A stretch of DNA of 64,000 nucleotides from the NCBI RefSeq assembly GCF_006345805.1, contig NC_042998.1, positions 160,084,001-160,148,000 on the forward strand, written 5' to 3'. Positions within the stretch are counted from its first letter, which is position 1. Every line of letters starts with the position of its first letter. Position numbers and translations under genes: made by a program. Source of the DNA: Octopus sinensis. Its lineage: Eukaryota. Positions 23,380 to 35,902 of the stretch are shown here, piece after piece. The notes beneath the pieces are model-generated. The model saw nothing but the letters and a program-made list of their open reading frames with translations. It ran no database searches and had not been told where the DNA came from.

Positions 23380-25880
23380 TAAAACTTTCGTTATCGGTAA
23401 GTTACTTGAGGTTATTGACTCCTTTATTTACCCTGGAAGCTCTGTACATAATAATAGAAATCTGGACACAGAAATACATCTGCGAATTCAAAGGGCAGCA
23501 TAAATATTTGGCGGTTTGGAGTCACGCGTGTGTCGCCAACGACATATAAATAACAACATAAAATTGGCTCTTTACAAATCGTTTGTCTTACTATCTCTGT
23601 TGTATTCTTCTGGAACATGGACGTATTATGAAAGACATTTCAAATTGTTTGAACGATTCCACCAAAAATGCCTCCGCCGCATTTTAAACATTAAATGAGG
23701 CTTCTTTACTCCAGACACAATGTCTTTGCGTCTGCAGGCATCACTTCAATGAAATCAATAATTCTGAAAAACCAAATGAGATGGTCTGGTCATATTGTTC
23801 GAATAGCGGATGAACGCACACCCAAATACGAGGGACGTTCAATAAGTAATGCCTCTGACCTACTTGCAATTGTTTGATCTAGCTGAAATTTTGCATGTGC
23901 AATTGCTTATATCTCTATAGATTAAGTGGCAAATTACAGCTCTGAACTAATTATGGTTTCGGATTTACCGGTGTTTGAACTGAGTCAAGTGTGAAATGGA
24001 GCCTGTTGAGTGTCGAGCAGTGATCCGGTTTTTATATTTGAAAGGACGCACACCACGGGAGACTTTTGATGAAATGAAAGTAACTTATGGTGATGATGCC
24101 CCATCATATGACCTTGTAAAACGCTGGCATCGTGAATTCAAACATGGTCGGAACTCTGTGGAAACAGCTCCCAGATCTGGTCGCCCCCCTTCTTCCATTG
24201 ATGAGGCATCGAGGCTGCCATTTTGGAAGATCGACGCATAACTATTCGCCAAATAGCCCATGAGGTCAAGATTAGTACCGGGTCTGTGGAAACTATCATT
24301 CATGACAATTTGCATATGCAAAAGGTGTCTGCCAGATGGATTCCCAGGCTGCTCACATCTTTCCAGAAGCAAGAATGCGTCGAGTGCTCGAGGATGAATT
24401 TGGAGATATGCCAAGAAGATGAGTCAATTTTTTTCAAAAGACTGATTACACAGGATGAAACCTGGGTCCATCACTATGATCCAGAGACAAAAGCCCAGTC
24501 AATGCAGTGGAAGCACCGTGACTCACCTCCTCCAAAGAAGGCAAGGGTGCAGCGCTCCGCTGGCAAGGCCATGCTCACAGTCTTCTGGAACCAGGACGGA
24601 GTAGTGATGACAGATTTCCTGGCAAAGGGTACCACAATTATAGGAGCCTATTATGCTTCACTTTTGAGGAAATTAAGAGAAGCTATCAAAATCAAGAGGC
24701 GGGACAAGGTCAGCAAAGGCATCCTCCTCCTGCAGGACAACGCTCCGGTCCACAACTCGCTGTCGCCAGATCAGAAGCACAGGCGTGCGGCTATGAACTC
24801 CTCCGCCATGCCCCTACTCTCCTGACCTTGCACCCTCAGATTTTCACCTCTTCCCAGCCATGAAGTTGTTTTTGAAAGGAAAGTGTTTTCCAAATGATGC
24901 AGCCTTGATTTCTGAAGTCACGTCGTGGTTGGAGGACCAAGCTGGGGTCTTCTACAAAAACGGTCTCCAGAGCTGCATCACACGATGAGAGAAATGCGTT
25001 ACTCTGGGTGGTTCCTAGGTAGAAAAAGACTAATAACTGTGCCAAGTTTCGTTGCTCTACTGCTATGGGAAGTTGGTCAGGGGCATTACTTATTGAACGC
25101 CCCTCGTAGCTGTCTTATGACGAGCTTGAAGAGGAGTAACGCAACCAGTGTAGACCTAAAACAACAACAAATAAATAGGTTTAAGGATGGTATAAGGACT
25201 ACTTGGAATAGATCTAAAGGCCATAGAAACCCTTGCTTCGGGTGGAGCTGGATGGTGATCAATAGTTGGAGTGGAGTGAAAGCGTTTGAGGAGGCCAGGA
25301 TAAGATATGCAAGACCCAAGAGAGATTTAAAGAAGAATGTTGCAATCGGCAAGGTGAATCTAAATGACCTTTTTGTGTGCACAGTTAGTGACAGACCATA
25401 CTTTTCTTTTGCTGGGCTTAAATCTCATTTGCGGACCCATGAAAACGAACCTCTATCATCTATTCTACTTATATATCTGTGCACACCTTCCAATGCCGTG
25501 TATGCCATAATGTCTGCAATTGTAACGGAGGCCTCAAAAGACATTTTAAGATCTACAAAGATCAGAACTTAACTGCAACTCTTAGTGGTCCAAATCGGAT
25601 ATGCATTCTATGTGGGTGTCTTTTCAATACATTGTCTGGTTTAAAAAGCCACATCAGATTCCATGATGGATCTTAGGTGGTCAAACTCTGCATAAGGAGT
25701 AGACAACCACCATGTGTGTGTGTATGTGTGTGTTTTTATATGAGTGTGTTTGTGTTTTTATATGAGTGCGAGTGTGTGCGTGTGTGAGTGTGTGTGTGTG
25801 TGTGTGTGTGTACACGAGTGAACAAACGAAAGACCGCCATGTATGGATCAAAACAGTTTGATTGAAATTCGTTGGTTCTC
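23380..25880 (+). mobile_element. Inverted copy of the 3' half of the 17.5-20.7 kb RTE plus its flank
   Basis: Near-identical reverse complement of ~17225-18760 (identical translated segments in the ORF track), interrupted by a mariner. Confidence 0.9.
23829..25106 (+). mobile_element. Near-full-length mariner (DD34D), frameshifted
   Basis: ~32-bp TIRs cgagggacgttcaataagtaatgcctctgacc / ggtcaggggcattacttattgaacgcccctcg, TA TSDs at 23827-28 and 25107-08; WIPRLL, ITQDETWV, LQDNAPVH, YSPDLAP motifs. Confidence 0.95.
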
Positions 25881-25949
25881 CAGAGAGGGAGAGAGAGACA
25901 GAGAAGAGATAGTAGAGATAGAAGAGTGCGCATCGTAATTATTAAGATA

Positions 25950-26712
25950 AAACTTACTTGGAAAAGGATGCGGGGCGTTCGATCATATAATATTATAAAT
26001 AATATATAAATATATGCATATATACATACATATGTGTACAAACCTACATATATGTGTATACGTACATGCATATATGGGTACAGGACATTAAAAAAAAACA
26101 ACCTTGGACACAATGAAAAACGAAAACATAAAAACAAAATACATAGAAACGAACTTTTTTTAGATCAACGAAAAAAACAAACAGAGAAACGAGACATGCA
26201 ACATAAAGAATATTCCCCTTCTTGAGTTGTCCCTGTTTCATAATAATTTTTCTATTGTCTTGGCTTAACAACCCTCAACGTTTGCTTTTATTGTTTTGTT
26301 CTCACTGTCCTGTTCTTGTTACCACTTTCACCCTCTGCAAAAAATCCCAAATTTTATTTAATTTGCTTTGCGGGAAGGACTGTTTCAATGAAGTTGCGTA
26401 TTGTCCTTGCCTTCAAAACACTGAGTAGATGAAACAGGGACAACTGAAGAAGGGAATATTCTTTATGTTGCACCTCTTTGTTTCTCTGTTTGTTTTTTTC
26501 CGTTGTTCCCCAAAAAGTTCATTTCTATGTTTTTGTTTTTATGTTTTCGTTTCTCATTGTGTTCAACGTATTTTTGATGTCCTGCACCCATATATGCATG
26601 TATATATACATATATATGTAGGTTTGTACATATATGTATATATGCATATATCTATATATTATTTATATTATTATATGATCGAAGGCCACGCATTCTTTTC
26701 CAAGTAAGTTTG
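25950..26712. repeat. Fold-back element, ~290-bp inverted arms with ~190-bp spacer
   Basis: aaacttacttggaaaaggatgcg... versus ...cgcattcttttccaagtaagttt; inner ends gtccctgtttcat / atgaaacagggac. Confidence 0.85.
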
Positions 26713-26755
26713 ATATATATATATATATATATATAGTTCCATACACACATGTTTC

Positions 26756-26804
<49 letters not shown>

Positions 26805-28173
26805 TCACATATATTATATGTTTGTATATGTGTGTATATAATTCTCACATGACTACCAACCTCAATGGTTAAGCCCTCAACTCTACCTTTGTCTCCTTAG
26901 CCTTCATTACATCTCTGGACACAATGTTCATATGTCTTTTATTTGTTAACTTTATTTGCTGCACATCTGCTATACTAAAGTTGATGTGTATGCTTCTTTT
27001 GTATACCTGTCAAAACATGTTTATATTTGTCTTGTCTTCAACAGAGACACTTTCTACTGTATTCACATCAACCGATTTCTATGCATTGAAAACCAGAAAA
27101 AAAGTACATATATTTCAACAAAATGATTGTTTTGCAATTTTAATTACCAATTTCTGCTTCTTCATATTCACTTTTAATTGTTTCAAGAGAAATATTTCTC
27201 ATTTTTTATTTATTGTCATTCATGTGACACCTTTTTATTCTGTATAGCAGCATAGTTAACATTTTACATTTTTTTTTCTTAGATAAGGAGTAACTTTTTA
27301 TTGTTCAATGTGAAGTATAGGGTGAAGGTTTGCAGTCACTTAAAGTTTAGTACTATCCATTGTATTTATGACAAGGATTGTTCTTCTTCCTTCATATGTA
27401 TTCATCTTTGTATATATCAATCTTCAATGAAGTAAAGATTTATATATATATATGAATGAATGAATATGTTCACTTTCTTCTTTATGACCGAGGGTTGGGA
27501 ACCTCAGATACACTCACTCCTTCTCACTACACACAATGGTCACGTTCACTCTGCTAAAGTTCTCACCATCCTTGATGCCATTGCTCTATCTGCATATCTG
27601 TGGTCCATTAACCCTTTTTCTCTTTGCCCAGCCTCTGAACATACATGTGCATAAACATACCCCCACCACACACATGTATGTGTGCAAGCATGTTTGTGTG
27701 TTTGAGCAATTTGTATTTCTATCATCTTAATGTATGTTTACTGCTTGTATACAATGCCCTCACTGATGGTATCATTTGCTTGCAGTTCACCATGAAAGCA
27801 TGTCTGGGCCTCTTAACATATCGTGACACATTGTGTGATCTTTGTAAGCAAAAGGTGCATTGAAATGTTGCCATTTATTTGCAGTTCTCCTCAGAATCAT
27901 GTCTAGGCTGTTTGTTGTTTGATAAACTGGGAAATAAGTAAGAGTTGATGATGAGAAGAGTATCCAACTATAGAAAACTCTGCCCCACTGTGACTCATGC
28001 AAGCATAGGAAAAGGACATGTTAAAACAAGGATACATACAGAAAGAGAGGTGGGGGGTTAAATCTAGCTAAAGTTATGTATTCTATATTGTTCTTTCTTT
28101 TACAATCATCTGTAGCCACACATTCAGATATGGCTATATCTCATTGCCACATCTCAGTTATCTTAATCCAATA

Positions 28174-28401
28174 TCTATAGAGCTGAAATGCGAAAAAGTT
28201 GTTTGATTTCTTGGTTATTTGCCTCATTTTGGGATGGGAACAGTTTAAGGGGTGGCAGATGGGGTTGGACTGGCACCAAATTTTACACTGGGAGTAAAAC
28301 GGGGTGAGCAATGGTGTGAGGAGGGTTGCAAGTCGCTCGGAGCTACCGTTTGGTTGCCATCACCACCAAAACCCGAATGAAGCAAGGGTCAAAATAGCTA
28401 G
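28174..28401 (+). mobile_element. Non-autonomous Helitron-like element
   Basis: A|TC 5' end, subterminal hairpin ACCC...GGGT, CTAG|T 3' end. Confidence 0.6.
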
Positions 28402-28679
28402 TCTTCTTACTACATGTCAATTTAAGACAAAGTAAAGTGTTTCAGAGTTAAGAATAAACCATGGGTGCCTAGGAGAAATGAAGGAAAATAGTATCAATCA
28501 GAGATACCATTTAGACATATCCCACCAAGCTAGACATGTTCAGTAACATTAAATGTTTTTCATCAGGTAAGTTAATTCAAATGAATGAGCTTTTGCTTAC
28601 TAAAATTAAAACCAACATCTGGTTTGCAATGGAATTATTTTACTGCAAATTTAGATTCTATCTTGTGAGAAGTAGAAAT

Positions 28680-28975
28680 ATTGGTTTCAAATTTTGGCAC
28701 AAGGCCAACAAGTTTGGGGGAGGAGATAAGTCAATTACATGAATCCCAGTGCTCAACTGATACTTATTTTATCAGCCCCGAAAGGATGAAAGGCAAAGTT
28801 GACCTTGGTGGAATTTGAACTCAGAACATAAGTATGAATGACATGCCACAAAGCTTTAAAGCTGGTGTTCAACTGATACTTATTTTATTGGCTCCAAAAG
28901 AATGAAAGGAATTTGAACTCAGAACATAAATATGGACAAAAAAACTGCTTAGCATTTTGCCAGCTCACTGTCTTT
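28680..28975 (-). mobile_element. SINE with internal tandem duplication
   Basis: gtgctcaactgatacttattttat...aatttgaactcagaacataa appears twice. Confidence 0.7.
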
Positions 28976-29756
28976 CTAAAGACAAAATGTGCTTATACTG
29001 TCTCCTCTCATAAGTTGCATTGTCAAAGTCTCAGTTGAAAGAATTTAAATATTTGTATGTTTTCAATGAATGATTTTTCTTCAATATTAAGGGTAATATT
29101 TGTTCATTTATTTGATTTCTTAACTGACACATATGTCATTTTATACTTGAAAACAAGTATTTAACTGTAATGGTAAAAACAAGCTTAAGAGAGAGTTGTA
29201 GTATCTCATGTAACTTTGAAATGATTGGTAGTCACTGAAAGCAGTTCTGTGCTTTTCTATGATGCCACTATTACACAGAATGTCTCTCAGTGTTGGGCTA
29301 TGTGTATAAGAATTTGTGGTGAAGGATCCTTCTATAATTAAGAGTGTAAATACCTTCTCTCCTAGTAATGTATTATTTGAACCACAAAGAAAGAAATAAT
29401 TTTCACTGCAAAATATATCGATTAATGGATGTGTCTGTTGCCACTTATAACACACTGCAGCTGGTTTGAGAATAATAGCAATCTGAAAAACCTTAACTTA
29501 ATCATACATACTATATTTGATGACATATTAGGAACATGGGCAAGAAAATGCACCCATTTCAGCAGGGAATGTGTAGGAAAAAGTTTTTAGAGTATTAAAG
29601 CATTTTAATACTTATTGAAATGTGTATAGTAGAAAAAGATTGAAAAAAAAAAAAAAATGAAAAAAAAAAAAAAACGAAAACAAAAAACAAAAAAACAAAA
29701 ACAGGTGACTAGGACAGCAGGAAAAACTATTTTCATGATAATGATACTGTTATTTG

Positions 29757-30150
29757 AAAGAGAAAACAGAAGCTGCTAAGCTATAGCAGAAAACATTAAT
29801 GTACCTAAAAGGCAAGCTACCAGTACATTTGAACATAAAGCAGGAAATTACAGCAGTTGAGCAGGTCATTTGCAATTAAAATATCCTGTATGAGAAGCCT
29901 ACAGTAATAATGTAACATTGCAAGAGAAAGCAAAAACACCTTAGCTATAACTGAAAGCATTACTGTATGTAAAAAGTAAGCTAACACTACGGTTGAACAT
30001 AAGCAAAGAATCACAACAGATGAACAGGTCACTTGCAATTAAAATATACACGAACAGCCTACAGTAACATAATATTACCAGAGAAAACAAAGTACAAAAC
30101 ATTTTATAAAAAGCAAGCTACCACTAATGTTGGACATAAACAAAAAGACA
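29757..30150. repeat. Diverged tandem repeat, ~160-bp period, ~2.4 copies
   Basis: agagaaa...aagcta...ttgaacataa...caggtca.ttgcaattaaaatat...agcctacagtaa recurs. Confidence 0.75.
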
Positions 30151-30219
30151 GTGGAGAGAAATGGAGACAAACTTTAATAATCTTCAAAACCAAAAGATTC
30201 TTTATCATCAAAGATTGAA

Positions 30220-30480
30220 AAATTGACATCACTATCTTCAAATCATGCATCCTCTTTGATACCTTGAAGAGTGTCACTACTTTGACACTTCTTAAAAAAC
30301 TTTATTATTTCCCTTCTTAGATTTCCCAAGATTTCTTCATCCACTCTTACACCTGTACATTAGTGGATCACATCATTCCTTTTGTGGGCATAAGGTCTTG
30401 GTTTGGATTTCTTATCCATTTGTTCTTGTACGTTTTGCTTAAAAGACTCATTCTCAGAAAGTGGGCAACAAGGGGCCTCA
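30220..30480 (-). mobile_element. pogo/Tigger transposase C-terminal remnant
   Basis: Decayed W..KSW...FKKC..SDTLQG..ED..FEDSD, resembling the pogo FKKCGISNALDGTEDD motif. Confidence 0.55.
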
Positions 30481-32660
30481 ACTTTGCATATAAAATGCAG
30501 GACACTTTATTCAGCTGTTATTTTTTTCTTAAAAACACAAAGGGGCATGTTATATGCCATCAAATACAGTACTTTAGTTTATGTAACAAATTATATAAGA
30601 AGCTTAGTTTTAAATCACAAAAACATGAATAAATGATAACTTTGATGCCAGTCATCGTTGTCCTCATCTTCCTCCTACTCACCGCCACCATCATCATCAT
30701 CATCATCATCGCAATTGTCATTGTTTTTATTGTTGTTGCTGTCCTTGTTGTTATCATCATCATTGTCATCATTTTTACAACTGGTTACTCTCTTGCTGCT
30801 CATCAGTTAATCTGGCCAGGAAAACAGATAAGTAGAATTATGCATCTTGTCTGGCAGCACAATACTATGGTGCTTTCATTTCATGGTCTTTAACTTCACA
30901 AACTTTAAACATATATAATATTTTCAGTCATAATTTAAACTACACAACCACATGCTACACTAAAGTTCTCAATGAATTTGTGACATATTTGTTTCAGCTT
31001 CTGGCTCTAGCTATTGCATTTCACTTGTTAATACCATTAAAAAGGTATTGAAATCCCAACTTCCATTTCTCCTTTTTTCTGGCAACTACAAAAGAAAGCA
31101 AAGCATTTGATGTGTGAGTTTATTTTTATCACTTGAGTGTGAAGTAAGTAGTTTATCAGCTTTTCAACTATATCAGAAGTATTTCCTATGTGGCTCAGCT
31201 ATCTCACTATAAAATAGGTTATAGTGTTTTCTCTCTCTCTTTATAATACATTAATATGTTGCTAATTCAGAAGAGTTGATAATCCTCTATCATATATCCT
31301 GACATCTTAAAACTACAACATATTCAATTTACCTAATTCAACTCTATTAAGATTACCACTTACATTCAACAACAGTATTATTCATATCAAGGAATTGTAG
31401 ATAGCCATGTTAATTTGCATGTTGGATTAGCAGCTGAAGAGTCAGTGATCTCTATCTTGGCAGTGTAAATGCACTAAGTCTATGGTCCAGGCATTTAATT
31501 CTCAAATAAACCAAGTCCACATAAGCTACAACACAATATTATGCTCATAAATAGGACAATGTTTCATCCAGTTTATATACACATGACCAGACATATTTTC
31601 ATAGAATATTGGAAATGAATGACATTGCTTGTCTGACCATGATACTTATTTACAATTATCATGCAATGTCAAGACAAGAAAACACAAAACACATACACAC
31701 TCATACCTGAGGAAGCCATGTCTCTTTTCTAATGCAAGACACCTTTTCTGTCCCTTAAAAATACTTTCCTCCCCAGTTGAGAGGTCTTGTCCTGCAAATT
31801 ACTTGATGATCACACTGTTGCTAGTGCCATATAAAAAGCTCCCAGTACACTCTGTAAACTGGTTGGCATTAAGAAGGGCATCTAACAGTAGAAACCATAC
31901 CCAAAACAGGCAGCAACGCTTAGTCTTTTGACTTGCCTGTTCCTGTCAAACCATCCAACCCATGCCAGCATGGAAAATGGACTTCAAATGATGACATGTG
32001 TATGTATGTATGTATGATGTGTGTATGTATGTATGTATCAATATTTATACAGTGCAATATTATATCCATTTTAGTTGATTTTACCAGTTGTTTTTGCACA
32101 TGAGAGTTAGGTGAAACCAATCATCAGAAAGACTGATAGGAAAAGTAGGGCAATGGCTCTTTGCCACTGGAAGCCAGAAAGTGTGACATTTGGTTTGTGG
32201 GTATCATTAAAAAGTGGAATGAAAAAACTGAGATTGGTTTTTCCAAATTCTCATGTCTGAAACAGATTGGTGAAATTGGCTGAAATTAATCCATAATATT
32301 GTATTGTATAAAATTTAATAGACTCATTCTCTTGGGTAATATATGATGCCTGTTATTTTTGACTCATAGATTCTTAGATGAATATAAAGTGTTAAACACT
32401 TATTGTATGCAAATTAGCAAAACAAGTTCTCTGTAGCTACTGGATTTGTTGTGCATATAAGCAGATTGACTACTTGCTTAGGGAAACAAGTTGCCAGTCT
32501 ATTTATATACAAGTAATAAAGTTAATACCTCTGATGGGAATTGAATAAGGTTCAAAAATTGATTAAGGCAGTTACTCATTGTTTCCAATCTATGGACAAT
32601 TAGTTAAATTTGCCATGTTTGTATGCCTGCTACATAGAATTAAACACCCACCCATATATA

Positions 32661-33599
32661 TTAGGTTGTCAAGTATGAAATTTGTAGTAAGGTATATGGT
32701 AAACTTTGAAAGTTGCTCATTTTGCACCATTATTATATTTTGACAATCTTTATTTTTTGTTAGAAAGCTGACACATCTATTTCTTTATTCTAACTCATTT
32801 TATACTTTATAAAGTATTTATAAATAGTTTTTTGCTATTTTTGTTTAGAGATAGACAATTTGGAAATTAATACAGTTTTGAAATATGAGTTCTTTCTTGG
32901 AAATATATCACAGGCAGTTCGGAATATTAATGGAGTATTTCATTCTAACGTTATTACACAGCAGACAGTATCAAATTAGTTTGCAAAATTTCGTTCTGGT
33001 AACTTTGAACTCACAAATAAGCAACATGGTTGACCAGAAACAAGGTAGATAATGAAAAACTGAAAGCCACTGTCAAGTCAGATCTATCTCAAAATGCCCG
33101 TGAAATATCATTGTTGTTTGGTGTTAGCAAGCAAACAATATTGACTCTCCTAGTTCAAATTGGTAAAGTGAAAAAGTTGGATAAGTGGGTTCCACATGAA
33201 CTCAATGAAAATCAGAAACAGCAATGTTTGGAAGCCTGCATTATGCTACTTTCTCATTACAAAAATGAATCAATTTTGAATCGAATTGTAACATGTGATG
33301 AGAAATGGATCCAATATAACATCTGTAAATGTTCATCACAATGGCTGGACAAAGACAAGATAGCTTTTTTGGTAGGAAAAAAATTTAATTCTGATGATGC
33401 TGTAAAACAGGCCTTCCAAGATATTATTGACTCTAGGTTGCCAAGCTTTTACAATTCCAGGCTGGACAAGCTACTGCTGATATGGCAAAAGTGTATTGAC
33501 AATATGGGTGCATACTTTGATGAATAAAACTATTCCTTAGATCTATAAAACGTAAGCAAACATTTTTATTTTCTACAAATTTCATACTTAACGACCTAA
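32661..33599 (+). mobile_element. Internally deleted mariner
   Basis: TIRs ttaggttgtcaagtatgaaatttgtag / ctacaaatttcatacttaacgacctaa with TA flanks; WVPHEL and IVTCDEKW; C-terminal catalytic part deleted. Confidence 0.9.
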
Positions 33600-33605
33600 T
33601 ATATA

Positions 33606-35169
33606 CAGTGCTGGACAAAATCTTAAGACCTGTGAAAAGACTGCCAAAATAAACTCCTTGCAGATTGATATATTTGACTATTTCTTTTTATTATAGATTC
33701 ATCATTGGCAAATAGAAAAAAGATATACAAAAACTTAAAGAAATGTTTAATATTTAATGCAGAAAATATGCATTGTATGAAAACTAACAATATTTTGCCT
33801 GGTCAAAAGTTCAACAATTAACAAATGAAAGCAATGAATAAAAAGTAAAAAGGGGGCTCAATAGGTAGTAGCTCTGCCATTCCTGTGAATAATTTCAAAA
33901 CTTTGCTGTGGAATGTTTAACACAAGTGTTTGCAGGAGGTTGACCAGAATATTATGCCACAAGATGAAGACTACCCGACAAAGAACATCCGCAATCTCAG
34001 ATTGCGTTCCATTTTTGTAAATGTCTCTTGCCATCCATTCCTAAAGATTTTTGATGGGGTTTAGGTCTGGAGAAGATGGAGGATGATCCAAAGGATGGAT
34101 GTTATGTGTTCTGAAGAAATCTTTTGACCTGCAAGCATTATGGATTGTAATATTATCCTATTTATAAATCAATTCTTCATTACAAATACGAGGGTCTTCA
34201 GTCAAGAGTGATGCCTGCTCCAACATGCCAACATAGTCAGCTGCTGCTTGAGCCTCTGCACAACCTGAAATTCCATAGTTCCTCTGTATGAGAAAGCACT
34301 CCACACCATGCTAGAGCCTTCACTACTGTGCCTCATTTAAAAAGTCTCCAGTGGAAAATATTTTGCATGCCAATATCATTAGAAACTATAAAGACCATCA
34401 AGGTTGAATTTCTTCTCATCCAAGAATAAAACTTTCCTCTAGTTTTGAATGTCCCAGGTCTGGTGATTCTGAGCAAATTCTAAACAAGTAACTTTGTAGC
34501 ATGGAAGAAGACGGGGTCTCTGAAGACATTTAAAATTTTTAAAGCTTCTCTCTCTCAAATGTCATCCTATTCTTGAACTGCATTCTGCATCTGTAAGTGC
34601 CTTAATCTGGTTTGATGATCAACTTGTGTCTTGTCTAACTTTCCATCAAATCCTTCTACTCAATGCTAGTGAAATTTTCTTTGGTTGGCAAGTCAATTTT
34701 TTTCAATCCATATGCCTCAGGGTTCTTTTAAGACATTTGCAATGACAGTTTTACTGCAACCAATTTTGCTGGAGATGGCACTTTGAGAAAGACCTTGCTT
34801 CTGGAGGAATACAATTCTACCATGTTTAAAAATTCGTCAACATTTTAGCTTTGCCCATTGTTGTTGTGAAATAACCCATTGTTGTTGACAAAGAGAAAGC
34901 TTGAACATAAATGCCAGAATTTTTATAGTTTATACCAAATTTAAACTTTTCATTTTGTCATGGTCTTAAGTTTTTAACCAGGCAAAATATTGTTCATTTT
35001 CATTCAGTGCAGATTTTCTGCATTAAATGTTAAACATTTCTTTAGGTTTCCATATATCCTTTTCTGTTTGCCAATTATGAATCTCTAATGAAAAATAATT
35101 GAATATATCAGTCTGCAAGGAGATTATTGTGGCAGTTTTTCACTGGTCTTAAGATTTTGTCCAGCAGTG
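33606..35169 (-). mobile_element. Tc1/Tc3-like transposon with ~210-bp IR/DR-type terminal repeats
   Basis: cagtgctggacaaaatcttaagacc / ggtcttaagattttgtccagcagtg, TA flanks; long arms with inner repeat ggtcttaagtttttaaccagg; decayed transposase (QGLSQSAISSKIG, SPDLNPI). Confidence 0.88.
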
Positions 35170-35314
35170 TATGTATGTATGTATGTATGTATGTATGTAT
35201 GTATGTATGTATGTATGTATGCATGTATGCATGTATGTATGTATGTATGTATTATGTATGTATGTATGTATGTATGTATGTATGTATGTATGTATGTATG
35301 TATGTATGTATGTA
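35170..35314. repeat. (TATG)n microsatellite
   Basis: Direct inspection. Confidence 0.95.
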
Positions 35315-35413
35315 TCCAAATTGATGAAGTAGAACAAGTAAATTTCAGGTTACATATGTTTCCTAGCTAGCACTTGGGATTCCATAATGACAATGGAACC
35401 TTCGTATAATTAA

Positions 35414-35516
35414 GGTATTTTCCACCTGATGAGTAGCTAGTAGAGTACCTTTTGTTGAGTAATTATTACTTCTGAGATTCTGCTAGCTAGGAAACATATG
35501 TAGCCTGGGTTTTACC
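35414..35516 (+). ncRNA. Hammerhead-ribozyme-like motif (type I, minimal stem III)
   Basis: CTGATGA (35426) - stem II tagctagtagag/ttctgctagcta - GAAA (35491) - C-ATAT-G-T-A; G.G mismatch at the base of stem II and imperfect stem I. Confidence 0.55.
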
Positions 35517-35844
35517 TGCTCTACTCCTTCAATTGGACTTTTTTTCACATTTGTCGCAACTCTAGTTGCTAAGTGTGAACTATAAAAAATTTTTTTCAAC
35601 TCAAATGTTCAGTATGAAGTCCCCATAAATTAAAAATGAGGGCTTCCAATGAACTAGGCATCAATTATAGATCCCTTAGTCAACTTCTGAGTCACTTAGG
35701 TTTAAATAGAGAAAAGAACATTCCACTCATATTAAGCAACTGCATACTTACTGTTGCCCTCCCCTCTATATAGTAAATTTGAAGTTTATTGTAAAAGATA
35801 TGATTAACACACACACACACACCACACACACACACACACGCACG

Positions 35845-35902
<58 letters not shown>

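Noticed and set aside
24925-25676. 215-aa ORF and C2H2 fragments as a host zinc-finger or mariner-fusion gene
   Set aside because: Chance read-through from the mariner end into a frameshifted RTE C-terminus; the same sequence occurs in the other dead RTE copy.
30633-30893. Hydrophobic 86-aa membrane protein
   Set aside because: Derived from degenerate (ATC)/(GTT) trinucleotide repeats.
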